DNA from: Candidatus Levybacteria bacterium RIFCSPHIGHO2_01_FULL_40_16
GTDB taxonomy: Bacteria > Patescibacteriota > Microgenomatia > Levybacterales > UBA12049
DNA: 64,000 nucleotides
Assembly: GCA_001783805.1 (NCBI GenBank)
Contig: MFNS01000006.1
Span: forward strand, 34,095 to 98,094
Reading direction: 5' to 3'
The notes under the pieces were generated by a model. The model saw nothing but the letters and a program-made list of their open reading frames with translations, was not told the origin of the DNA and searched no databases. This document shows positions 34,169-43,713 of this stretch, piece after piece (the stretch's first letter is position 1; the number at the start of each line of letters is the position of its first letter). The position numbers and the translations under genes are program-made.

Positions 34169-36832
34169 ATGTTTAATTTCATTGGTAAAATTTTTGATTC
34201 TAACGAAAAAGAAATAAATAAATTAAAACCAATTGTTTCGGAGACTAATTCATTTGAAGAAAAATTTAAAAAATTAAAGGACAAAGACTTTCCTTTAAAA
34301 ACAAAAGAATTTAAGGAGAGAGTAAGGGACGGAGAATCTTTGGATCTCTTGTTACCCGAAGCATTTGCAATCGTTCGCGAGGCATCGAGAAGATCTATCG
34401 GGCAGCGGCATTATGATGTTCAACTAATGGCAGGAATAACACTGGCGAGCGGAAAAATTGCAGAACAAAAAACAGGAGAGGGAAAAACCCTCTCCTCAGT
34501 TCCGGCATTATATCTACATAGTCTAACTGGCAAAGGTACTCATTTGGTTACCGTCAATGATTATCTGGCCCGCCGTGATGCGGGATGGATGGGTCCGATA
34601 TTTAATCTTCTTGGAATAACGGTTTCTTCAATTATCAATGATACATCTTTTATCTTTGATCCAAATTTTGTCAATAAAGACGCGCAAGATCCCAGACTTT
34701 CTCACTTAAGACCAATTACCCGAAAAGAAGCTTACGGGGCAGATGTTACTTATGGAATAAATTCGGAATTTGGTTTTGATTATCTTCGAGATAATATGGC
34801 TCAATCGATAGAGGAAACAGTGCAGCGGGGATATTATTATGCGATTGTTGATGAAGTTGACTCAGTTTTGATCGACGAAGCGCGAACTCCACATATAATT
34901 TCTGCTCCGGACGAATCTCCAACGCAAAAATATTATGAATATGCAAAGTTGGTTGATAACTTAAATCCGGACATAGATTATAAAATTGACGAAAAATTAA
35001 GAACTGCCCATCTGACAGATCATGGTATCGGAAAAATTGAAAAACTTTATGGAATTAATAATATTTATGAAAAAGATTTTAATACTGTTTATCATTTGGA
35101 AGCGGCATTGAAAGCCCGGACATTATTCAAAAAAGAAAAAGATTATATCGTGAAAGATAATCAAGTCATTCTGGTTGATGAATTTACCGGGCGGCTCATG
35201 ATAGGCAGAAGACTTTCCGAAGGATTGCATCAGGCAATAGAAGCAAAAGAAAATGTTTCGATACAACGGGAATCAAAGACAATGGCAACGGTATCTTTGC
35301 AAAATTATTTTAGAATGTATGAAAAATTAGCAGGAATGACGGGAACGGCTGTTACGGAAGCACGCGAATTTCATAAAATCTATAATCTTTCGGTTGTTGT
35401 AATTCCCACAAATAAATTAATGATTCGATGCGATCATCAGGATTTAGTTTATAAAACCGGACGGGCTAAATTATCTGCGGTTGCCAACGAAATTGAAAAA
35501 ACTCACAAAACCGGACAACCTATTTTAGTTGGTACAACATCAATAGACAAAAATGAATTGATATCGGAACTTTTAAGGCGTCGCGGAATTAAGCATGAGA
35601 TTTTGAATGCTAAAAATCACGAACAGGAAGCAAGAATAATTGCTATGGCCGGAGAAAAAGGCGCTGTAACTGTGGCAACCAATATGGCAGGCCGGGGTGT
35701 GGATATTATTTTGGGCGGAGAAACACCTTCTGCAGGTGAGAATTCAGGTTTATTTAAAAAATGGCAAAAAGAACATGATGAAGTTGTGGGGCTTGGCGGA
35801 TTATATGTAATTGGTACCGAAAGACATGAGTCCCGAAGAATAGATAATCAGTTGCGGGGAAGATCGGGTCGTCAGGGAGACCCGGGAGCATCCCGATTCT
35901 TTGTTGCGTTGGATGATGAAATAATGAGGCTTTTTGGCGGAGATACAATATCGGGAGTCATGACACGATTTAATATGCCTGAAGATGTTCCGTTACAGCA
36001 CATGATTGTTTCCAGGGCAATTGAGCAAGCGCAGACAAAAGTTGAAGGATTTAATTTTGATATTAGGAAACATCTGGTTGATTATGATGATGTCCTAAAT
36101 AAGCAAAGGGAAATAATTTACAAAAGACGAAGAGTAGTTTTGGAAAATAAAGAATCTCTGGAAAAAGAAATAATGGAAAAAATCGATACGTCTTTAGCAA
36201 CTATTGTTAATATTCATACAGCTCAAGTGGGCGATGATAAACCTATTGATGAAAAAATAATTGATGATTTTACTACAATACTTCCTTTCGATGAATCTTC
36301 CAAAAAGCAATTAATAAAACAATTAGAAGTAGCAGTGGGTATAGAGCAGAAAATAACCTTTTTGACCAGCATTGCTCGCGATATTTATAATCAGCGGAAA
36401 AAACAATTGGGAGAAGAGATGATGAAGCAAATTGAAAGATATGTGATGTTATCGGTTAGCGATACGCTTTGGATGGATCATTTGGATGCGGTTGAAAATC
36501 TAAGGGGGGGAATTGGGCTTCGGGGCTATGGGCAAAGAGATCCGCTGGTTGAGTACAAGAATGAAGCTTATGCGATGTTTGAACAGTTAATTAATGCAAT
36601 AGATGATGAAATCGTGCATAGAATTTACAGAATTCAGATACAGCAGGCTCCGCAAATGCATCAACACGTAAGAGAACAGGCAGCCGGTTCAGCAGTTGGC
36701 ATTTCTGAAACTTCAATTAATAATAAAAAATCCACAACAAGTAATCCCGTAGATAAAAAAAAGATTGGGCGCAATGATCCTTGTTATTGCGGATCGGGAA
36801 AAAAATACAAAAAATGCCACTACCCTAATTAG
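34169..36832 (+). CDS. secA: Preprotein translocase SecA
   Basis: TGEGKTL, VTVNDYLA.RD, VDEVDS.LIDEARTP, ATNMAGRG, QLRGRSGRQGDPG, SEC-C GRNDPCYCGSGKKYKKCH. Confidence 0.99.
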   Translation: MFNFIGKIFDSNEKEINKLKPIVSETNSFEEKFKKLKDKDFPLKTKEFKERVRDGESLDLLLPEAFAIVREASRRSIGQRHYDVQLMAGITLASGKIAEQKTGEGKTLSSVPALYLHSLTGKGTHLVTVNDYLARRDAGWMGPIFNLLGITVSSIINDTSFIFDPNFVNKDAQDPRLSHLRPITRKEAYGADVTYGINSEFGFDYLRDNMAQSIEETVQRGYYYAIVDEVDSVLIDEARTPHIISAPDESPTQKYYEYAKLVDNLNPDIDYKIDEKLRTAHLTDHGIGKIEKLYGINNIYEKDFNTVYHLEAALKARTLFKKEKDYIVKDNQVILVDEFTGRLMIGRRLSEGLHQAIEAKENVSIQRESKTMATVSLQNYFRMYEKLAGMTGTAVTEAREFHKIYNLSVVVIPTNKLMIRCDHQDLVYKTGRAKLSAVANEIEKTHKTGQPILVGTTSIDKNELISELLRRRGIKHEILNAKNHEQEARIIAMAGEKGAVTVATNMAGRGVDIILGGETPSAGENSGLFKKWQKEHDEVVGLGGLYVIGTERHESRRIDNQLRGRSGRQGDPGASRFFVALDDEIMRLFGGDTISGVMTRFNMPEDVPLQHMIVSRAIEQAQTKVEGFNFDIRKHLVDYDDVLNKQREIIYKRRRVVLENKESLEKEIMEKIDTSLATIVNIHTAQVGDDKPIDEKIIDDFTTILPFDESSKKQLIKQLEVAVGIEQKITFLTSIARDIYNQRKKQLGEEMMKQIERYVMLSVSDTLWMDHLDAVENLRGGIGLRGYGQRDPLVEYKNEAYAMFEQLINAIDDEIVHRIYRIQIQQAPQMHQHVREQAAGSAVGISETSINNKKSTTSNPVDKKKIGRNDPCYCGSGKKYKKCHYPN

Positions 36833-37215
36833 TCTTCGATTTTGAGGACTTCTTTAACCCTATCAACAATTCCCTCCAGCTTTATATCCGATTTTACCAA
36901 ATAGTAAGCAGGTTGATTCCTGAGAACAGAATTAATTACATAGCTGGAATTTGGATTTACATTAGTAAGAATAATAACCGGGACTGTTCTTCCCCATTCA
37001 TCATGCCTTAGCTTTTGAAGCATGATCATTCCATCCATTTTTGGCATGAGAATGTCCAAAAGGATAAGATCAGGACGTTCCTTCAAAGAGATGGCCAGTC
37101 CTTGTTCTCCGTCAGTTGCGGTAAGAGTTGTAAACTCCTGATTTGTAAGGGCTTGCGAAATAGCGTCTAACATGGCTTCTTCGTCCTCAATTATTAAGAT
37201 TTTTTTGTTGTCCAT
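36829..37215 (-). CDS. Single-domain response regulator
   Basis: ILIIEDE, PDLILLDILMPKMDG, PVIILTN, YLVK; start moved to 37215 with SD AAGGAGG. Confidence 0.93.
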   Translation of the reverse strand: MDNKKILIIEDEEAMLDAISQALTNQEFTTLTATDGEQGLAISLKERPDLILLDILMPKMDGMIMLQKLRHDEWGRTVPVIILTNVNPNSSYVINSVLRNQPAYYLVKSDIKLEGIVDRVKEVLKIED

Positions 37216-37260
37216 TGCCTCCTTATTGTAAACAAGCTCAGGGACATTTGCAACACTTAA

Positions 37261-37343
37261 GCGGGCAGGCCCGCCTGCCATCGCTACCAGCCCGGACTAG
37301 CCCAGGCATGGCAAGGCAGACGCTCAGGCATTAGCGGGCAGGG
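37261..37343. repeat. Composite GCCCGCC/GCGGGCAGG palindromic element overlapping the kinase stop
   Basis: GCGGGCAGGCCCGCCTGCC...GCTCAGGCATTAGCGGGCAGG. Confidence 0.75.
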
Positions 37344-38064
37344 AAATGGAAAACGTTGTACCCGTGTTCTCTTCGGACTTAAAATTAATATTCGCCCGTA
37401 GTTTCTTTAAAATTAGCCTGACCAGATACAAGCTAAAACCCATATCTTTAAAATTAACAGAATCTGCCAATATTTTTGACCTTTTTTCTTTGGGGATTCC
37501 ATAGCCGTTATCTTTTATTTCAACTAGCAATCTCTTGTTTAAAAAATCTGCTTTAATATCAATATTTCCGTTTTCCGGGGTATATTTGACTGCGTTTTCA
37601 ATAAGACTTTGAAAAGCAATGCTTAAGAGCTTTGAATCTGTCTGAATTGAGACTTCCTGTTCTGCAGGATAAACCTCCTGTAAATGAAGTTTACGCCTTT
37701 CAATTCTAAATTGTAACTTTCGGATAATTCTTCCGATTAAATCTTTTATGTCAACCCTTTCGATTTTGACAGTGAGATTGTTAGATTGTAACTGCAAAAG
37801 GACAATTAAAGACTCAATAGTCTCGTTCAATTTTTCGCTGGCATTGTAAATTTCCGTAAAATATTTTTCTTGCTTATCATTGAGATTTCCAACTGATTTA
37901 TCAGACAATAGTTCTATATACCATTTGATAATAGAAATTGGAGATCTGAATCTATGCGCCATGACATGAAAAAACTCAATTTTATCCTTCTCTTCCCTAG
38001 ATAATATAAGAAAGAAAACTAACGTTATTAATACTAGGACTAAGAATAATGTAAAAACCGGCAT
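37324..38064 (-). CDS. Histidine kinase, single TM, no sensor domain
   Basis: H-box AHRFRSPI, N-box LIENAVKYT, G1 DNGYGI, GTTF; G2 degenerate. Confidence 0.88.
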   Translation of the reverse strand: MPVFTLFLVLVLITLVFFLILSREEKDKIEFFHVMAHRFRSPISIIKWYIELLSDKSVGNLNDKQEKYFTEIYNASEKLNETIESLIVLLQLQSNNLTVKIERVDIKDLIGRIIRKLQFRIERRKLHLQEVYPAEQEVSIQTDSKLLSIAFQSLIENAVKYTPENGNIDIKADFLNKRLLVEIKDNGYGIPKEKRSKILADSVNFKDMGFSLYLVRLILKKLRANINFKSEENTGTTFSISLPANA

Positions 38065-38117
38065 ATTTTCACTATACTATATTTACGGATAAATGTGTAA
38101 AATAAATATAAATAGGA

Positions 38118-38148
38118 TAAATCCAGCACCGAATCGGTGCTGGATAAA
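38118..38148. repeat. TAAATCC-NGCAC palindrome family, perfect-stem copy
   Basis: ATCCAGCACCGA-A-TCGGTGCTGGAT. Confidence 0.85.
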
Positions 38149-38154
38149 ACTGCC

Positions 38155-39024
38155 ATGACCAATTCACACTACAAAAAATTAAGCGAGAGATGGAGAGCCC
38201 GGCACCAGGACTTACAAAGAAAACTTTGGAGTAAACATGATGAAGCTCTAAAATGGCTATCCAACAACTATCGGCAATTGGCTTCGGGATCTTTGGGGGG
38301 GTTAATGCTTTTAACAGGACAAATCTCCAATCCTTTCCCCTCTTCGAATGTTGTCAATGCTGCAGCTCCAATAGCTCGGAAAGTGGACAAAAAAGTATTT
38401 TTAGTAGCGGATCTGACTCGTATTTTGCCCAAAGATGTAATTCCGTTGGAGAGAGCGGATGAACAGAAAATCTCAGACATATTATCTAGGACTTTTAGCA
38501 TCAAAGTCACGCCGGAACTGAAGGGTAAAAGACTCAATAGGAATTATGGACTGATTGGGGCGGAGCAGCATTTGGCCCGTTATCCGGGAGACACATTAGG
38601 CACTCATTTTGACTCCCAAGACGACATGAGAGTTTATTGGCAGCAAGGTATGGCTCCGGGATTGGGCGCCTGGAGCTATTTTGCCCCCTCAAAAGAAGCG
38701 CTAACTAAGGAAGATATAGACAGAGAAAAATATTATATTGCTGTTCCCACATTTTTATCAAAAGATTTTAATAGTAGATTTGCGGAATACCGTGATTTTT
38801 ATAAATACAGAAAAATGCTAGTCGTAAATCCTAACAATGGAAAAGCTATTGTTGCGGATATAGCGGATGCAGGGCCCGCTACCTGGACAGGTAAACATTT
38901 GGGCGGTTCTCCCGAGGTTATGCATTATCTGGAGCGAGTTGACGGATCGTTAAGGGGTCCGGTACTCTACTTTTTTATTGACGATCCTGATGATAAGATT
39001 AAATTAGGCCCGATTAGCGTTTAA
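38155..39024 (+). CDS. Hypothetical protein
   Basis: Long ORF; IGAEQHL.RYPGD, APGLGAW, DAGPA.WTGK..GGSPE segments look conserved; start moved to ATG 38155. Confidence 0.8.
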   Translation: MTNSHYKKLSERWRARHQDLQRKLWSKHDEALKWLSNNYRQLASGSLGGLMLLTGQISNPFPSSNVVNAAAPIARKVDKKVFLVADLTRILPKDVIPLERADEQKISDILSRTFSIKVTPELKGKRLNRNYGLIGAEQHLARYPGDTLGTHFDSQDDMRVYWQQGMAPGLGAWSYFAPSKEALTKEDIDREKYYIAVPTFLSKDFNSRFAEYRDFYKYRKMLVVNPNNGKAIVADIADAGPATWTGKHLGGSPEVMHYLERVDGSLRGPVLYFFIDDPDDKIKLGPISV

Positions 39025-39029
39025 AAGCT

Positions 39030-39356
39030 ATGAGAAGAAAATATTTTTATACTCACATTGTGGATACGTCTACGCTCTCTTTAAAGTTAGGCGACATGGA
39101 TTTAACTCCAAAGGAAAGACTGCATTTAATTTCTCTGATTAATTCTAATATTCACCACGAGATTTTGGACCTAGTTTTATCAGAACTTAATCCGATAGAT
39201 AAAGAAACATTTTTGGCTAGCCTTGCTTCGGAGGATCACGCTAAAATTTGGAAATTGCTAAATGCCAAGGTAGAGAATATCGAAGAAAAAATTAAGAAAA
39301 CCGCGGAGGATATAATAAAAGAATTACACAAAGATATAAAAGAGGTTGCGGGTTAG
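39030..39356 (+). CDS. Hypothetical protein
   Basis: 108-aa ORF 5 nt after the previous stop. Confidence 0.7.
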   Translation: MRRKYFYTHIVDTSTLSLKLGDMDLTPKERLHLISLINSNIHHEILDLVLSELNPIDKETFLASLASEDHAKIWKLLNAKVENIEEKIKKTAEDIIKELHKDIKEVAG

Positions 39357-39689
39357 TGTTTTTCTTTGAGATATCTTTGCTCAATTTTTTTTAATTTATC
39401 CCCAACTGCTCTTTCTACATCCACTCCTGCCGCGATGGCCAATTGCATAGCGGTTATGATAACGTCTGCAAATTCTTCGTACATATTGTGTTTGTCAAAG
39501 TTTTGCAATTTTGCGCGCCGCTGAAGTTTGAGAATCGAAAGGATGTCATTACATAATTCTCCTACTTCCTCATTGAGTTTTACGGTTTTTGTCAAAATCT
39601 CTTTTTCGATTGGTGAATAAAGCTTGTATTGAGGCTTTGTTTTTTTCGTTTAATAATTTTATTTTTTCCTGCAGAGATTTTAGATTCAT
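39353..39689 (-). pseudogene. MazG-like NTP pyrophosphohydrolase with a one-base frameshift in an A7 run
   Basis: KLNEEVGEL...EEFADV motifs; ATG 39689 (MNLKSLQEKI) joins in frame if the run at 39640-39646 is 6 nt. Confidence 0.75.
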
Positions 39690-39706
39690 GCTACCATTGT
39701 AACATA

Positions 39707-40159
39707 ATGTTGAATATATTCATGATTTTTTTGGCAAAATACTTGTATTTGTTTGTTATTTTTATAGCAGTTTTATTTGTAGTCAAAGAAAAGACACGAA
39801 GAATGCGTATTTTGATTTTTTCAGCTGTTATTCTGCCTTTTATCTTTATAATTTCTCAAATTACAGGTAAAATTTATTATAATCCGGGGCCATTCGTAGT
39901 TGAACGTTTTATTCCGCTTGTTGCTCATGGCGCAAATAATGGTTTTCCGTCAGATCATTCATTAATAAGTTTTGCTTTGGCATCGATCATTTTTTTATTT
40001 AACAAGAAATGGGGAATAGTTTTATTTATTCTCTCTTTTCTAGTTGGTTATAGCCGCGTATACGTTGGCATACATCATCCAATTGACATTTTGGGAAGTT
40101 TCTTGATTAGCGTTATAGTTACTAAAATCTGTGCTACAATAGCCTCATGGAAGAAGTAG
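39707..40159 (+). CDS. PAP2-family (BcrC-like) undecaprenyl-diphosphatase
   Basis: GFPSDH, SRVYVGIHHPIDI; hydrophobic; start moved to 39707. Confidence 0.87.
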   Translation: MLNIFMIFLAKYLYLFVIFIAVLFVVKEKTRRMRILIFSAVILPFIFIISQITGKIYYNPGPFVVERFIPLVAHGANNGFPSDHSLISFALASIIFLFNKKWGIVLFILSFLVGYSRVYVGIHHPIDILGSFLISVIVTKICATIASWKK

Positions 40160-40521
40160 ATACGCAAGAGTCTTGGAATAAAAAGCGAATTTTTATTGCT
40201 GTTTTTTTATTTATATTATTAATCGCCGGGGGATACCTCTTCAAAATCCGTTTTCTTGATGAATATTTATCCCAGCAGGCAAAATCGGTTAAGGGAGTTG
40301 GTACGGCAGAAAAAATTACAGAGCCCGCGTTTAAAACGAACATTCAAGAAGCGTTGAAAGAAAAAATCAATAACCTTAAGCAGGAAGTCTCCGGCTTGAA
40401 TATTTCGGAGATTGCGTCCTCTTCTCCCCAAGTACAAAAAATACTTAAGGACATTAAGTCTTTGGAGCAATATCCGACTAATCAAATAAAAGAAATTTGT
40501 AGAAAAATTTGCGGTTTATAG
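40147..40521 (+). CDS. Hypothetical single-TM protein
   Basis: N-terminal TM; extended -10 box 6 nt upstream. Confidence 0.75.
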   Translation: MEEVDTQESWNKKRIFIAVFLFILLIAGGYLFKIRFLDEYLSQQAKSVKGVGTAEKITEPAFKTNIQEALKEKINNLKQEVSGLNISEIASSSPQVQKILKDIKSLEQYPTNQIKEICRKICGL

Positions 40522-40524
40522 AGT

Positions 40525-41529
40525 ATGGACGAAATAAAAGATAGGGCAAATAAATTATTGGCGAAATTGGATAGCGATAAAAAAAGGCAAGAGATAAGAT
40601 TAATTGAGGCGGAAAGCTTAAAGCCCAACTTTTGGCAAAATCATCAAAATGCAGCAATCAAGATGAAGGAAATGTCTGATCTTCAGACGGAAGTTGCCAA
40701 AGCGGAAGTTCTGCAGAGCAGAATTCAGAGCGGAGATTGGGGTGGAGCGAAGGAATTGTTGGAAGAGCTTGAGGTTTTTCTTTATTTATCCGGTCAATAT
40801 GATAAAAATTCGGCAATTTTGGCTATTCACGCAGGTCAGGGCGGAGTTGAGGCAATGGATTGGGCGCAAATGCTATTTAGAATGTACACGAGGTATTGTG
40901 AGAGAAAAAGATTCAAGTCGGAAATAATTGATGAAACCTACGGTGAAGAAGCGGGATATAAAAGTGTTGTGATAACAGTTAGCGGCAAATATGCTTACGG
41001 ATACCTGAAGGGTGAGGCTGGAGTCCATCGTTTGGTAAGGCTCTCGCCTTACAATGCGGATAACCTCCGTCAGACATCCTTTGCCCTGGTTGAAGTGCTG
41101 CCGGATATTGGCGATAACGGCGATATAGAAATAAAAGAGGACGATTTGGAATGGAATTTTTTCCGCGCGGGAGGGCACGGAGGACAAAATGTCAACAAAG
41201 TTTCCACCGCTGTCAGACTCAAGCATAAACCTACGGGAATTATAGTAACGGCTCAAACGGAAAGATTTCAGGCGCAAAATAGGGAATACGCCTTAAAGAT
41301 CTTGCGGGCAAAACTTTGGATTCTGAAAGAAGAAGAGCGAAAAAAGGAGGAAAAGAAATTAAAAGGAGGGTATAAAACTCCGGGATGGGGAAATCAAATC
41401 CGTTCCTACGTTTTACATCCTTACCATATGGTAAAAGATCTTCGGACAAATTTTGAAACAGGCAATACGGATGCGGTTCTGGACGGGGATCTGGACGAAT
41501 TCATTGATGAGGAATTACGCAAACTTTAA
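40525..41529 (+). CDS. prfB: Peptide chain release factor 2, single reading frame
   Basis: [42 protein letters not shown]. Confidence 0.96.
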   Translation: MDEIKDRANKLLAKLDSDKKRQEIRLIEAESLKPNFWQNHQNAAIKMKEMSDLQTEVAKAEVLQSRIQSGDWGGAKELLEELEVFLYLSGQYDKNSAILAIHAGQGGVEAMDWAQMLFRMYTRYCERKRFKSEIIDETYGEEAGYKSVVITVSGKYAYGYLKGEAGVHRLVRLSPYNADNLRQTSFALVEVLPDIGDNGDIEIKEDDLEWNFFRAGGHGGQNVNKVSTAVRLKHKPTGIIVTAQTERFQAQNREYALKILRAKLWILKEEERKKEEKKLKGGYKTPGWGNQIRSYVLHPYHMVKDLRTNFETGNTDAVLDGDLDEFIDEELRKL

Positions 41530-41577
41530 CATTTGCCAAAAACCGCATTTTGTGCAATACTTTGAGTAGATAAAGCT

Positions 41578-42063
41578 ATGGAAAAGAAGGGAAAAGCATT
41601 GGAAGCAAATAAGTCAACAGAACAACCGCTGGTTCATAATTTCAATAACAACATAAATAATTCCATCTTCACGAAAAATCTATTTATTTTTCTTATTGTT
41701 ACGGCAATTATGGGGACGATGACGGGATATATATTAAGCAATAGAGATGGTGCCGGCGGAAATACGCTTACATCAGGCACAATAGATTCATCCAAAGTAT
41801 CAAAAGGAGTTATTGTGGGGTCCAATGATATCAAAACATTTAAGGACACTGCCAGCGGGACTTTAAAAAATGGGGGAATTAATGGAGAGGGACAATTCCA
41901 TCTGGTTAGAACCGGAGGAGATAGTCAAAACGTTTACCTCACTTCTTCAAGCGTAGATTTGTCTGTCTTTGTTGGTAAAAAAATAAAAGTGTGGGGCGAA
42001 ACGCAAAGGGCACAGTACGCGGGATGGCTCATGGATGTGGGGCGGGTAGAAGTAGCGGAGTAG
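41578..42063 (+). CDS. Hypothetical single-TM protein
   Basis: TM then beta-rich domain (VYLTSSSVDL..FVGKKIKVWG). Confidence 0.78.
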   Translation: MEKKGKALEANKSTEQPLVHNFNNNINNSIFTKNLFIFLIVTAIMGTMTGYILSNRDGAGGNTLTSGTIDSSKVSKGVIVGSNDIKTFKDTASGTLKNGGINGEGQFHLVRTGGDSQNVYLTSSSVDLSVFVGKKIKVWGETQRAQYAGWLMDVGRVEVAE

Positions 42064-42082
42064 TCCTAATAAAACCTCTAAT

Positions 42083-42853
42083 ATGATACAACTAAGCAAA
42101 GTTTCAAAACAATTTCGTACTGGAGTTTTTGCACTTTCCGATATTAGTTTTGAAGTGGAAAAAGGGGAATTCGTTTTTTTGGTAGGCCCAACTGGAAGCG
42201 GAAAAACCACAATTTTTAGACTGCTTACCCGCGAAGCGCTTCCCACAACAGGTGAAGTAATTGTAGATAATTGGGATGTTGTAAAACTGCCAAACAATAA
42301 AATATCTCATCTTCGGAAAAAGATAGGTGTGGTATTCCAGGATTTGAAACTTTTAATGGACAGGACAATTTTTGAAAATATTATTCTGCCTCTTGAGGTT
42401 TCCGGGATAGATACTTTGCCCGCTGCTAAGATTGTCGAGGACGTCATGGGAAAGGTTGGAATTTTGAGTCATCGGGATAAATTTCCGATCCAGCTTTCCG
42501 GAGGAGAATTGCAAAGAGCGGCAATTGCCAGAGCGCTTATCCTTGAGCCGGATATCTTATTGGCAGATGAGCCAACAGGCAATTTGGACTCTCAAACAGC
42601 GATGGAGATTGTCAGGCTATTGGAGAATATTAATAAAAAAGGTACAACTGTAATTATGGCAACCCACAACGAAGATGCTATAAAAACGCTTTCGAAAAGA
42701 ATTATTGCTTTGGATAAAGGACAGCTGGCGGGAGAAAGCGGCAAGAAATCAAAAACGCACACAGAGCATTCTGAGAAAAAATCAGCTATTATAAAGAAGG
42801 AGGAGAATCCTTCGACGAGCTCAGGATTAAGAAAAGAAGATGAAGAATTTTAA
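42083..42853 (+). CDS. ftsE: Cell division ATP-binding protein FtsE
   Basis: GPTGSGKTT, IGVVFQD.KLL, LSGGE.QR, ADEPTGNLD; precedes ftsX. Confidence 0.92.
   Translation: MIQLSKVSKQFRTGVFALSDISFEVEKGEFVFLVGPTGSGKTTIFRLLTREALPTTGEVIVDNWDVVKLPNNKISHLRKKIGVVFQDLKLLMDRTIFENIILPLEVSGIDTLPAAKIVEDVMGKVGILSHRDKFPIQLSGGELQRAAIARALILEPDILLADEPTGNLDSQTAMEIVRLLENINKKGTTVIMATHNEDAIKTLSKRIIALDKGQLAGESGKKSKTHTEHSEKKSAIIKKEENPSTSSGLRKEDEEF
42806..42828. repeat. CCTTCGAC-N-GCTCAGG REP-like unit in ftsE tail
   Basis: AATCCTTCGACGAGCTCAGGATT; encodes NPSTSSGL. Confidence 0.65.
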
Positions 42854-43706
42854 AACGACCTGGCGAAATATTAGGAGGTCTCCGTATCAGGCTTTTGCTG
42901 CGGTTTTCGTGATGACCTTAACTTTTTTATTCATCTCCCTTTTTACATTTTTGCTTTTCGGATCAACAAAAGCGATTAGTTATTTTGAGTCCCGCCCTCA
43001 GGTTACCGCGTTTTTCAAAAATGAAGTAAAGCAAGAGGATATAGATAATCTTAAGAACGAATTAATGGCAACCAATAAAGTTGCCAACGCAAAATTTGTT
43101 TCCAAACAGGATGCTCTGAAGATTTATAGAGAGCAGAATAAGGATGATCCCCTACTATTAGAGCTGGTAACTGCTGATATTCTGCCTGCTTCTTTGGAAA
43201 TCTCAACAATAAAAATTGAAGATTTGTCGGTAATAAATGATAAGCTTAAAGATTCTCCTTTGGTCTCGGAAGTGGTTTTTCAAAAAGATGTAGTTTCTGT
43301 TTTAACATCCTGGACAAACGCTTTGCGAACTATTGGACTGGGATTGATAATTGTTTTATCTTTAGTTTCGATTTTTATTATGGTAATTATAATCGGAATA
43401 AAAATTTCGCAGAAAAAAGAAGACATAGAAATTATGAGATTAATCGGAGCCGATAGATGGTATATCCGGTGGCCATTTATTTTTGAGGGAATTTCTTATG
43501 GAGTCGTGGGAGCATTCTTAGGATGGTTAATCTCAACCGGCGCATTATGGTATGCTACTCCATTTCTGTCGTCCTTTCTTAAAGGAATGCCAATTTTTCC
43601 TATCCCTCTCACTTTTTTCTTCGGTTTGTTAGGCGCAGAGTTATTGGTGGCTATAGTTTTGGGAACAGTTTCCAGTTTCCTGGCAGTACTCAGATATCTT
43701 AAGTAA
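42840..43706 (+). CDS. ftsX: Cell division permease FtsX
   Basis: FVSK..AL, LPASLEI, I.IMRLIGA..WYIR.PF.FEG, RYLK end. Confidence 0.93.
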   Translation: MKNFKTTWRNIRRSPYQAFAAVFVMTLTFLFISLFTFLLFGSTKAISYFESRPQVTAFFKNEVKQEDIDNLKNELMATNKVANAKFVSKQDALKIYREQNKDDPLLLELVTADILPASLEISTIKIEDLSVINDKLKDSPLVSEVVFQKDVVSVLTSWTNALRTIGLGLIIVLSLVSIFIMVIIIGIKISQKKEDIEIMRLIGADRWYIRWPFIFEGISYGVVGAFLGWLISTGALWYATPFLSSFLKGMPIFPIPLTFFFGLLGAELLVAIVLGTVSSFLAVLRYLK

Positions 43707-43713
43707 AATATGT

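Noticed and set aside
33973-34284. 103-aa minus-strand ORF
   Set aside because: Antisense to secA start, the terminator and the microprotein; low-complexity product
37216-37281. N-terminal extension MAGGPARLS of the response regulator
   Set aside because: Derived from the palindromic element; ATG 37215 has its own SD and -10 box
40525-40620. Programmed +1 frameshift in prfB
   Set aside because: ORF is continuous from ATG 40525 and no CTTTGA site is present
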